64,000 bases of DNA, taken from positions 39,804,001 to 39,868,000 of the forward strand of contig OZ024750.1 of assembly GCA_964016885.1 (NCBI GenBank). The letters run 5' to 3'. The position numbers and the translations under genes are program-made. Shown one piece after another: positions 52,035-64,000 of this stretch. The notes beneath the pieces were generated by a model. The model was not told where the DNA came from and searched no databases. It saw only the letters and a program-made list of their open reading frames with translations. Positions within the stretch are counted from its first letter, which is position 1, and each line of letters starts with the position of its first letter. This DNA comes from Eledone cirrhosa (taxonomy: Eukaryota).

Positions 52035-53179
52035 CACTTTAATACATGAATACACTTACATCTAACTATACACATCAAACATATATATATTTACTTATTT
52101 ATATACATTTTCACATATATATACATACTTATGGTCGCTTTTAGACACATTCATTATCGCATTTTTATATGTTAGTATATATGTTAGTATATACCTTATA
52201 TCCTACCCATGCATTTTTGACTGCTTAATATCTTTTACACCTATATTTTGTGATATCTTTGCCATAGTATGCTGTATATGCTGTATATGCTTAATACCTC
52301 TGCATTCTTTACCATATTATTCCGTATATGCTTAATACCTTGCATTCTTACTGCCTATATACTTATGTACCAATAATGTCCTCCTCTGCAAGTAACCTTG
52401 TTTTATACTCTTTATAACACCCTTTGTTGCAGACCACAACATCTTCACTCACTTTGAAAATGACACTATTGATATCAAGGTATCTTTATGAATGTTCTGT
52501 TGAATAGGAATTTATTTATGTGTTTAAACTTTGCCAATGCTCCGATGATTCCAAACAACTGCTTTCTTCAGTGCAACTCATATCTTAAACAGAATACAGT
52601 GGACCTTATTTCATATTTTATTTAAATGTTTATAAAACACGATTGAAAACTGGAAAGGAAATTCTCTGTAATTTCCCTGTTTAGAATGGAATGATATATT
52701 GTGAAAATAAATTATATGATTATATATGTATGATATATACAGTAGGCAAATGATTGGTAGTCAACAATTGGCAAATAGTATATTATCACATGCTAACAGT
52801 CCTGACAGCAATATATTATGATATACATATATATGAGAGCCTAATTAGGTCTGATAATTGATTAAAGTTATATATATATGACTCAGAGAGACTACTCATG
52901 GACACCATCCACTTGAAAAACAATAGGAAAGTGTTAGCATATTTAAGATAGAAAGGATTATTCGATAAAGAATATAAAATATTGATTTTCAACTAATATT
53001 AATTTAGTTATATCAGTATGTACGAATATATTTGGTATTTTAAGACCTTCTCAGGGAAACAAACTTCACCATTACCTTTTGATGTTACGTCTCACATCGA
53101 AATGTGTTTAGTCGGCTTTAGCTATGATTCCATATAATACACAGTTGAAAATTGCAAACTCGACTGTCACCACATATCA

Positions 53180-53218
53180 TGAACCTGAAGATTGCGAAAG
53201 CATGAAAGTACTTGTTCA
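53180..53218 (+). ncRNA. Minimal type I hammerhead ribozyme
   Basis: TGAAC-CTGAAGA-TTGC gaaa GCAT-GAAA-GTAC-TT|GTTCA. Confidence 0.82.
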
Positions 53219-53382
53219 ATTAACACTTAGAATTTAATATTCTATCATACTATTTCATTATAATACCATTATATATATTTTAAAGGATTGTAAATAAAAC
53301 GAGTAAATCAGACAAAGTTGGAATTCCTCTTATTAATATAATCTTCTATACACAATCATACACACCCGTGTATATTTACCTA

Positions 53383-53435
<53 letters not shown>

Positions 53436-53479
53436 GTATATATATGTATATATATATGTATATATATATTTACTTTCAG

Positions 53480-53897
53480 TAAGAGAGAGAGCGAGCGAGA
53501 GAAGGAGAGAGAGAGAGCGAGAGAAGGAGAGAGAGAGAGAGAGAAGGAGAGAGAGAGAGAGAGGGGGAAGCAGGGAAAGAGAGATAGAGAGACAGAGAGA
53601 GAGCAGGGAGAGAGAAAGAGAGAGGAGAGAGAGCGCAGTGAAAGAGAGATAGATAGATAGATAGAGAGAAATAAGAGAGAGCCGTGAGAGAGATAGAGAG
53701 AGGAGAGAGAGATAGAGAGAGGAGAGAGAGCCATGAGAGAGATAGAGAGAGATAGAGAGAGGAGAGAGAGCAGTGAGAGAGAGAGAGATAGATAGATAGA
53801 GAGAGAGAAGAGAGAGAAAGCCGTAAGAGAGATAGAGAGAGGAGAGAGAGCAGTGAGAGAGAGATAGATAGATAGAGAAAGAGATAGAGAGAGAGCC

Positions 53898-53942
<45 letters not shown>

Positions 53943-54010
53943 GTGAGAGAGATAGAGAGAGATAGAGAGAGGAGAGAGAGCAGTGAGAGAGAAAGAGAGA
54001 GGAGAGAGAG
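53480..54010. repeat. (GA)n-rich microsatellite
   Basis: Visible tract. Confidence 0.9.
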
Positions 54011-54032
54011 ACTGTAACAAAGACAATATGTT

Positions 54033-54215
54033 AATAATTGTTTCTACTTTTGGCACAAGGCCAGCAATTACCCCAGTGCATTACTGGTACTTTATTTTAT
54101 CGATATCGTAATGATGAAAGGCAAAGTTAATCTCGGCAGGATTTGAACTTAGAACGTAAAGGGCTATAACTCTATGCTGCAAAGCATAGCGTCTGACGTT
54201 CTACCGATACTGCCA
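54033..54215 (-). mobile_element. ~190-bp Nin-like SINE
   Basis: Reverse complement of the 13872 family. Confidence 0.85.
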
Positions 54216-54254
54216 AGAGTTTTCTCCCTGAGTTTCCCCTCCTGATATGCCCTC

Positions 54255-54600
54255 TGTTGGAACAGCCCTGCTAGAACACCCCTACACGGTATGGAACACC
54301 CCTGATGGAACTGGAACACCCCTGGTAGAACTGGAACACCCCTGCGCAGTATTGGAACACCCCTGCTGGAACAGCCCCGCTAGAACACCCCTGCGCAGTA
54401 TTGGAACACCCCTGATGGAACAGCCCTGCTAGAACACCCCTGCACAGCATTGGAACACCCCTGCTGGAACAGCCCTGCTAGAACACCCCTGCACAGCATT
54501 GGAACACCCCTGCTGGAACAGCCCTGCTAGAACACCCCTGCGCAGTATTGGAACACCCCTGCACAGTATTGGAACACCCCTGCAGGAACATCCTTGAACA
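54255..54600. repeat. GAACACCCCTG-based minisatellite
   Basis: Visible tandem units. Confidence 0.85.
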
Positions 54601-54906
54601 GCATGGGACTTGGCAGAGTTTAATGAGAAAGGACAGCAATGTGTTGAGCTATGGCCGTACCACATATAGCCCAGCTCTGTAGCCGACATCTTGTGGACAC
54701 GATAAGAAGCTCCCTCAGATATGTTGTATTAGTGAAAAGGTATGTCCACGTGAGACTTGGTAAAACTGACAGCCGGATGTACAATGAAAGAATTTCTAAA
54801 GGATTATTGTTCTGCAGATTGTTGACCTTTTCTGGTATTGGGGAAGTTGTTATGTTTGTATTTTATATTGTTTGATTTGAGGTAGTTGTCAGTGAAACTG
54901 ATCTTC

Positions 54907-56040
54907 TAGTGTATATGTTAGTGTATATGTTAGTATATATGTTAGTGTATATGTTAGTGTATAGGTTAGTATATATGTTAGTGTATATATGTTAGTGTAT
55001 ATGTTAGTGTATATGTTAGTGTATATGTTAGTATATATGTTAGTGTATATGTTAGTATATATGTTAGTATATATGTTAGTGTATATGTTAGTGTATAGGT
55101 TAGTATATATATTAGTGTATATGTTAGTGTATAGGTTAGTATATATGTTAGTGTATATATGTTAGTGTATATGTTAGTGTATATGTTAGTGTATATGTTA
55201 GTGTATATGTTAGTATATATGTTAGTGTATATGTTAGTATATATGTTAGTATATATGTTAGTATATATGTTAGTGTATATGTTAGTATATATGTTAGTAT
55301 ATATATGTTAGTGTATATGTTAGTGTATATGTTAGTGTATATGTTAGTGTATATGTTAGTGTATATGTTAGTATATATGTTAGTGTATATGTTAGTATAT
55401 ATGTTAGTATATATGTTAGTATATATGTTAGTATATACATGTTAGTATATATATGTTAGTGTATATGTTAGTGTATATGTTAGTGTATATGTTAGTATAT
55501 ATGTTAGTGTATATGTTAGTATATATGTTAGTATATATGTTAGTATATATGTTAGTGTATATGTTAGTATATATGTTAGTGTATATGTTAGTATATATGT
55601 TAGTGTATATCTTAGTATATATGTTAGTATATATGTTAGTATATATGTTAGTGTATATGTTAGTATATATGTTAGTGTATATGTTAGTATATATGTTAGT
55701 GTATATGTTAGTATATATGTTAGTGTATATGTTAGTATATATGTTAGTGTATATGTTAGTATATATGTTAGTGTATATGTTAGTATATATGTTAGTGTAT
55801 ATGTTAGTATATATGTTAGTGTATATGTTAGTATATATGTTAGTGTATATGTTAGTATATATATATGTTAGTATATATGTTAGTATATATGTTAGTATAT
55901 ATGTTAGTATATATGTTAGTGTATATGTTAGTGTATATGTTGGTGTATATGTTAGTATATATGTTAGTATATATATGTTAGTATATATGTTAGTATATAC
56001 ATGTTAGTATATACATGTTAGTATATATGTGTTAGTGTAG
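54907..56040. repeat. 12-bp minisatellite GTTAGT(A/G)TATAT
   Basis: About 90 tandem units. Confidence 0.95.
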
Positions 56041-56239
56041 TTACTATAGTACATGTGTTAGTATATGTTAGTGTAGTTACTATAGTTCATCTGTTACTAC
56101 AGTACATCTGTTACTACATCTGTTTGTTAGTGTAGTTATTACAGTACATCTGTTAGTCTGTGTAGTTATTACAGTACATCTGTTAGTACATCTGTTAGTA
56201 CATCTGTTAGTTCATCAAGGATTTGAAGACAATTCATTT

Positions 56240-56313
56240 TCACCTGACGAGATCAGTGATAATCGATCATGGCCACACGATCGATCTATTTCTTATTGAA
56301 ACATGTGTCATGA
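56240..56313 (+). ncRNA. Type I hammerhead ribozyme, slightly decayed
   Basis: TCAC-CTGACGA-[..ATCGATC loop GATCGAT..]-GAAA-CATGTG-TC|ATGA; first stem I pair mismatched. Confidence 0.65.
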
Positions 56314-56357
56314 TTAAAACGATTGGAATTTTATACCATGCCTTCGGATCTTTATTT

Positions 56358-56393
<36 letters not shown>

Positions 56394-56461
56394 AGAAATG
56401 TTAGCTATCGAGCTAACATTTCTAATAATTTCAAATCCACTCGCTGTTTCGAAAATATTCT

Positions 56462-56569
<108 letters not shown>

Positions 56570-57781
56570 ACTCCAATAAGTTGTTGAGTACTTTATATCA
56601 GTTATAAAAATATTTGCTTGTTGTATCCCAACAATTTAAATAGAACTTCTACATATATTCTGCTCCTTTATTGTCGAGCGCTTTATATTATAACTGAAAC
56701 ATGGAATTCTTTAAGATCTCTTCTTCTCTAAAGGACATACCTTTACCTAGGAATAAAGACTTTATTAAACAATTAATAGAAAAATCAGACTCTTTTATAA
56801 GAAGAATCAGGTGGCGTGCTTTCCACTTCGATAAATCTGATGTAAATGAGAATGTTTCCAATCTGGATAAAATCTTCAAATCTAAAAAAAATCCACCCCA
56901 CAACAAACTACTAATGGATTTTGAAAGTGAAATCATATCTATTATCCAAAGCATCAAATTCAAAAACAACTTCAAAGGCCAGGATTACCTAAGAAATATC
57001 AAAAATAATATTGAAAACTTGGAGAAAACGGAAAAAATTTTTAGTCAAGTCAGACAAAACCAATAATCTTTACAGAATACAAAAGGACATCTATAACGAT
57101 CTTATATTAAAAGAATTAAGGAAGAAATACAAAATAACAACTTATGACGATCTTGAAAAATTGAATACAGATGCCTCTTACATAATGCATGAATTAGGCA
57201 TTGAAAATAGGACACAACCCTTCATGCCAAGGAAACCTAAAATTAATATGAAGGACCACAAAAGGAAATTTGAAACTGAATTACTAGTCAGATTAATTGC
57301 ACCATCAAAATCGGACCTTGGCAAATTTAGCAAGAATATTTTAGAAAGAATAAAACCACAAAGTAAGGAATTATCTTATTTAAAATTATGGAAAGGAACT
57401 AATAAAGTTATCGAATGGTTTAAGGAAATTAAATATAACTATAATAATAAGTTTATTCAATTGGATATTGCTAATTATTACTCATCCATCACTCCTAATC
57501 TACTTAACAAAGCACTAACATATGCATTTAAACATACAGACTTAACTAGTAATGAAATGCACATTATCTTAACGGCACGGAAAACATTAATAGAATTTAA
57601 CAACCAGCTCTGGACTAGAGCAGATAGAAATAATAATTTCGATATCACTATGGGATCATCCGATTCCGCTCAGGTAACGGATCTTGTGGGCCTCTTTATA
57701 AATAATTCTCTACATAGAAAAATACCTGAGATGACCGGAGGTTTATATCGTGACGACATGCTTTTACTTATCGAAAATAAT

Positions 57782-57966
57782 TGTTTCTACTATTGGCACA
57801 AGGCCAGAAAATTACCCAGTACATTACTGGTACTTTATTTTATCGACCCCGTAAGGATGAAAGGCAAAGTTAACCTCGGCGGGATTTGAACTCAGAATGG
57901 CAAGGGCCGTAACTCTATGCGTCAAAGCATGGCGTCCGAACCTCTACCGATACTGCCAATCCACCG
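57782..57966 (-). mobile_element. Nin-like SINE inserted into the Penelope RT
   Basis: 13872 family; TSD CGAAAATAAT at 57772-57781 and 57967-57976. Confidence 0.9.
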
Positions 57967-59559
57967 CGAAAATAATAACTGTGAATTAAATAGGAAAATA
58001 AAATAAATTATACAATTTTTTAATTACCTTAATCTAAAAGTAGAAATAGAGAATAACCATAAAATAGTTAATTTTCTAGATGTAACATTAAACCTTAACA
58101 CATGTCTTCATTATCCATTTCACAAACTAAACGAGAACTTAAACTACGTTAATTTTAACTTTAATCACCCAGATCCGTTAAAAATACTATAGTGAATTCT
58201 GTACAGCAACGCATTTCTAGAATTTCAGCTAATAAGAATATATTTGATGATAAAGCACATTATTACAACGAAGCGTTACGTAGAGCTGGATATAGAAATA
58301 AAATTAAATACATTGATAATAATAATATAACAACTAACCATAATCCTAACAATTTTAACAACTATAATAGAAAACCTTACAATAATTCGGAAAACAAAAA
58401 AAGAAATAGAACTAGGAATATATTATGGTTCGCTCATCCTTTCTCATTAAATATTAAAACTCCTATTGTTAAACTATTTTTTAAAGCTCTTGACAAATGC
58501 TTCCCTAGAACACATAGATATTACTCAATTTTTAATAGACATACTATAAAATTAACTTATTCATCCACCAAAAATTTAGCGCAGAATATTAATAGAATTA
58601 ATAATAGAAATTTAAAACCTAACCAAAATACCACTAATAACCCCAGCAATATCCAATTTGATAAATGTAACTGTAGAAATAAATCTAACTGTCCGTTAAA
58701 TAACAATTGCTTAGCTAAAAATATAGTATATAATTGTAATGTAATAACTAATTTAAATTCATTTAATTATGTAGGATCTACTTCCACAGATTTTAAATCT
58801 CGTTTTAATAACCATAAAAGCTCTTTTACGCATTTAAACAAAAAATCTTCAACTTCTCTATCTAGCTTATTATGGGACCTCAAATTAAAGAACGTTAAAT
58901 ATTCGTTACTTTGGAATATTATTTCAAAAGCTACTCCTTTTAACTCCTCTTCAGAAAATTGTGATCTTTGTATAGAGGAAATATTCTTTATATTAAAAAG
59001 CAAAAATTCCCTGAATGTAAGAAGCAATCTCTTCAGTTGCTGCAGACATAGATTGAACTCAACGTTTAAATATAAATTTAAAATGTAATATATAATTAAT
59101 TCTATTAATATATTGAACCTATCGATAAATCATTAGATTCCTTCATTTCCACTGCTTAAACTCTCAAATATAAAAAAAAATTTTCATAGAAAATTTTTCT
59201 AGATAACCATACTGAAAGCTCTTAAAAGGGGAAAATATTTTCTTTGAAAAGTTTCTCTTTTGAAAGGGTCTCTTTCTTTTTCTTTGAAAATTTCCCATAT
59301 AGTTATAAAAATTAAGTTAAACATACTGAGAGTTAAATATTATATAAAAAAAATTTAAATTTTTATACTGAATTTTTTTAGACATATTCTTATTTTAAAA
59401 TTATATCTTAAAATATTCTGTAATGTTTTTTAAATTATATTGCTTTAAAGTTATATTGCTTATAATTGTAAGAATATATTTCCAAATCGTAATATAATTC
59501 ATTTTTATTTTATTTTATTTTATTTTATATATTATGTACTTCAATTATACTATGTACTG

Positions 59560-59648
<89 letters not shown>

Positions 59649-60735
59649 ATATGATGCATATCTACCTGTATGTGTGTATATGTCTATGTGTATCTATGTG
59701 GGAGTTGTGTGTATATATATATATGCATACAATTCGAATGCATTCGGTTATAAGGGTTTTCTTAAGGTTCGTGATAAACAAACTTATATAATAACAGTCA
59801 CAACTACATAACAGGTGGATTTATTAGATATAAAATTTATATAGGGTTTGTTTTATAACATAAGGTTTGTATAATCTTAAATTTCCTTTGTTATCTTAAC
59901 ATTTATAACATTTAATATAAGTAAATAACTTAATTTCCTTCACGCTGTTTTGCTATTACATAGAAATGTTTTTCTCCGGCTTTTTTCTCTGGTTTCTCCG
60001 AAAAATCTATAAGTTTAGGAAAATTCCTATACCTTATACATAAAAAGTCCTTTATTATATCTATATGTATGTTATGTGTAGGTATATATATATATATTTA
60101 TATGTATATATATGTATGTGTGTGTATGTATATATATGAATATATTCTTTTAATAATATATAGGTTTTAAAAATATAGAGATTTTTTAATAATATATAGA
60201 TCTCAATTTTTAATGTATAGATCTCAATAATTTGGTGGATAATTTAATTGATAAACTAAACATTTAATCATATTTAAACACTGGTTAAAATTCTCCTGTT
60301 ATTATTTATTTATTTATTTTCCATTCACGCTTATTTCCATTCACGCTTATTTTCTTTACTCATCCAATAAATATTTATTTTTTCACTTCATCTTAAAAGT
60401 TACGCTAATACAACAACCTATCACTTAGAGCTTTCTCTTTCTCTTTCTCTTTTCTCTTTTCTTTTTTCTTCTCTTTCTCTTTTTCTTGTTTTCTTATTTT
60501 CCTCTTAGAGTTTTTTTTTTTTCTCCTTTTTTCTCTTTTTTTCTCTTTTTTTCTCTTTCCCTTTCTCCATATCCCAGCGGCTTATTTTAAATCTACTGTG
60601 ATTTTAAAATATCCGACACTAATTTGCATAATAGTATAAATAAATTTATAACCCCACTATCCGGGAGCTTCCAACAGAAATGGTCGCATTCTTTAAGAGT
60701 ATGTCAATATTTATTTATAAAACTGACCTATATTA

Positions 60736-60800
60736 TATTTTATCTGATGAAAGCACACCATAATTTAACTTGGTGTCCTTGAAATATGTATAATGAAATA
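60736..60800 (+). ncRNA. Hammerhead ribozyme in the 3' pLTR of the Penelope-like element
   Basis: TATTTTAT-CTGATGA-AAGCACACCA..TGGTGTCCTT-GAAA-TATGTA-TA|ATGAAATA. Confidence 0.88.
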
Positions 60801-60929
60801 AATATGGTTTTATAAATATAGTTTCCATTTGTTAATATATCGTATTTTTACTCCAATAATTTGTTGAGTGCTTTATATCAGTTATAAAAATATTTGCTTG
60901 TTGTATCCCAACATTTTAAATAGAACTTC

Positions 60930-60985
<56 letters not shown>

Positions 60986-61047
60986 ATATTTAATATAGAA
61001 AAGGCATCTACAGGACTAGAACTGTTTCATTCGGGAGAAATCATCAG

Positions 61048-61098
61048 GGCTTCCTGATGATTTCTCCCGAATGAAACAGTTCTAGTCCTGTAGAAGCC
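61048..61098 (+). ncRNA. Type I hammerhead ribozyme, back-to-back with an inverted second core
   Basis: GGCTTC-CTGATGA-TTTCTCCCGAAT-GAAA-CAG ttctagtc CTG-TA|GAAGCC; same family as 49809. Confidence 0.87.
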
Positions 61099-61283
61099 TT
61101 TTCTATATTAAATATTTATACTCTGCTTTGTATTGAGTACCTTACTGTGGTTACCTCCGATTGAACCCGGGATAAACTTATAGTTTATCCTGGGTTCAAT
61201 CGGAGGTAACCACAGTAAGGTACTCAATACAAAGCAGAGTATAAATATTATGGTCCACCTGGTTCCTTACCACACTTCCTTCG

Positions 61284-61355
<72 letters not shown>

Positions 61356-61445
61356 CCATAACACACCAGAGTACTCGATACTTAGAACTGTTTGATATGA
61401 CACTACTGCTGCTACGCTCTCATTACATGCCCATGTATGGACTAT

Positions 61446-61511
61446 ACCCCTTGATAAGTTCAGCTAGTTCAGGTCTAGCTGTCGAAACGGCCGGAGCTCA
61501 GCCGTCGGGGT
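61446..61511 (+). ncRNA. Type I hammerhead ribozyme, U3-A8 variant
   Basis: ACCCC-TTGATAA-GTTCAGCTAG..CTAGCTGTC-GAAA-CGGC cggagctca GCCG-TC|GGGGT. Confidence 0.85.
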
Positions 61512-61527
61512 CCTGACTCCTTTCATA

Positions 61528-61550
<23 letters not shown>

Positions 61551-61558
<8 letters not shown>

Positions 61559-62110
61559 TTTCTAGGGCGGATAAAATTTCAGAGATCCATGGACGAGTTC
61601 TCTCCAGCGGTCTCTGTCCTTCATTATCGCTGCCATGCTCTGCGTCTCCAACAGACCAGTCTCTGTCCTTAGGGCATCAACATACGTTAACCTTGGTCTT
61701 CCTCTTCCAGTGTGTCCATGCAGGGGCTTCTACAGGAGCACTGAGTGCAATGTCAACTCTGGATGTCGGTGAGCATGTCCAGCTAACCTCAGTCTCCTCT
61801 GTGTCACTTTTGAGCTGACTTTTAGGAGGCTCCCGTACAGCTCTGAGTTTTTCACCCTCAGTGTATTAATGGATTAATGTTCAGAGCCATCCTCAACATT
61901 CTCGTGTAGCACCCATCCACCATCTGAGTGAGTTTCTTGGTCAGTGTCCAAGTCTCAGACCCGTACAGCAGCACAGACGTCACTACAGCAAAGAAGAGGC
62001 GGCTTTTCAGGTCTTTACGAAGGTCCGACTTCCACACCGATCTCAAACTGTGGCACGCCGCCCAGGCTTTGCTTTCCCTCTCAACCACATCATCTTCCGT
62101 ATTCCCAATC
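61551..62110 (-). mobile_element. RTE/RTE-X LINE 3' fragment with poly(A)
   Basis: KAWAACHSLRSVWKS..SVLLYGSETWTLT..GCYTRMLR. Confidence 0.85.
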
Positions 62111-62134
62111 TTATATATATATATATATATATAT

Positions 62135-63995
62135 GAATATAGACATGGAATATTCGAAAATATTCTGTATGTTTATAATAAACATTTTGAAGACCTAATC
62201 GCTATAGAATAGAATACGTCACGTATTACAATTAGATTCTCGATAAAAGCAAGGGAAGTAATCTACGCGTTTCATTCTCGTAAGAAATCATCAGGACTAC
62301 ATATCCAGTGCTTTTATCGAGAATGACACAGCTAGAGACTTATAGAATACTTAGCTGTGTACAGGAACTGGTTTGAAAGAGCGGTTGCCGGTCCGGCAGA
62401 AATTAGAAATTGGAATAAATGCTCTGAAATAGCGATATATATGTGAATATAGACATGGAATATTCGAAAATATTCTGTATGTTTATAATAAACATTTTGA
62501 AGACCTAATCGCTATAGAATAGAATACGTCACGTATTACAATTAGATTCTCGATAAAAGCAAGGGAAGTAATCTACGCGTTTCATTCTCGTAAGAAATCA
62601 TCAGGACTACATATCCAGTGCTTTTATCGAGAATGACACAGCTAGAGACTTATAGAATACTTAGCTGTGTACAGGAACTGGTTTGAAAGAGCGGTTGCCG
62701 GTCCGGCAGAAATTAGAAATTGGAATAAATGCTCTGAAATAGCGATATATATGTGAATATAGACATGGAATATTCGAAAATATATATATCAAACCAGTTC
62801 CTGTACACAGCTAAGTATTCTATAAGTCTCTAGCTGTGTCATTCTCGATAAAAGCACTGGATATGTAGTCCTGATGATTTCTTACGAGAATGAAACGCGT
62901 AGATTACTTCCCTTGCTTTTATCGAGAATCTAATTGTAATACGTGACGTATTCTATTCTATAGCGATTAGGTCTTCAAAATGTTTATTATAAACATACAG
63001 AATATTTTCGAATATTCCATGTCTATATTCACATATATATCGCTATTTCAGAGCATTTATTCCAATTTCTAATTTCTGCCGGACCGGCAACCGCTCTTTC
63101 AAACCAGTTCCTGTACACAGCTAAGTATTCTATAAGTCTCTAGCTGTGTCATTCTCGATAAAAGCACTGGATATGTAGTCCTGATGATTTCTTACGAGAA
63201 TGAAACGCGTAGATTACTTCCCTTGCTTTTATCGAGAATCTAATTGTAATACGTGACGTATTCTATTCTATAGCGATTAGGTCTTCAAAATGTTTATTAT
63301 AAACATACAGAATATTTTCGAATATTCCATGTCTATATTCACATATATATCGCTATTTCAGAGCATTTATTCCAATTTCTAATTTCTGCCGGACCGGCAA
63401 CCGCTCTTTCAAACCAGTTCCTGTACACAGCTAAGTATTCTATAAGTCTCTAGCTGTGTCATTCTCGATAAAAGCACTGGATATGTAGTCCTGATGATTT
63501 CTTACGAGAATGAAACGCGTAGATTACTTCCCTTGCTTTTATCGAGAATCTAATTGTAATACGTGACGTATTCTATTCTATAGCGATTAGGTCTTCAAAA
63601 TGTTTATTATAAACATACAGAATATTTTCGAATATTCCATGTCTATATTCACATATATATCGCTATTTCAGAGCATTTATTCCAATTTCTAATTTCTGCC
63701 GGACCGGCAACCGCTCTTTCAAACCAGTTCCTGTACACAGCTAAGTATTCTATAAGTCTCTAGCTGTGTCATTCTCGATAAAAGCACTGGATATGTAGTC
63801 CTGATGATTTCTTACGAGAATGAAACGCGTAGATTACTTCCCTTGCTTTTATCGAGAATCTAATTGTAATACGTGACGTATTCTATTCTATAGCGATTAG
63901 GTCTTCAAAATGTTTATTATAAACATACAGAATATTTTCGAATATTCCATGTCTATATTCACATATATATCGCTATTTCAGAGCATTTATTCCAA
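62135..63995. repeat. 310-bp hammerhead-containing tandem array (non-LTR retrozyme-like): ~2 units minus (62135-62782), ~3.9 units plus (62790-63995)
   Basis: Identical units; HHR GTAGTC-CTGATGA-TTTCT tacg AGAAT-GAAA-CGCG-TA|GATTAC at 62865, 63175, 63485, 63795 (+) and 62258, 62568 (-). Confidence 0.92.
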
Positions 63996-64000
63996 TATAT

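Noticed and set aside
59090-60730. SECIS element in the Penelope 3' UTR
   Set aside because: AT-rich hairpins are present but I found no clear ATGA..AA..GA fold, and no TGA at the Cys positions inspected

Overview
Repeat-saturated animal genomic DNA, probably octopus or another cephalopod (inferred from the SINE types and microsatellite load). I found no convincing host gene, and most long ORFs in the track are translated micro/minisatellites. Retroelements recognised: RLE-type R4/Dong-like LINEs (one uninterrupted ~1100-codon RT-CCHC-RLE frame at 40964-44270 on the minus strand), a decayed CRE-like LINE with an N-terminal PHD finger, RTE and CR1-like fragments, a non-autonomous RTE-derived element, tRNA-derived SINEs, and a near-complete Naiad-like Penelope element (56562-60937). 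hAT and Tc1-type MITEs are also present. The main signal is RNA-level. By eye I count about 24 well-formed type I hammerhead ribozyme (HHR) motifs in about 13 unrelated sequence families, plus several decayed ones. They sit in short non-coding units usually flanked by (TA)n and often arranged as tandem or fold-back repeats. They include a 310-bp retrozyme-like array with six HHRs, U3-A8 core variants and HHRs with ~100-nt stem II insertions. Three satellites appear to have grown from the 5' ends of MITEs or a SINE. All structures were folded by hand and are untested.
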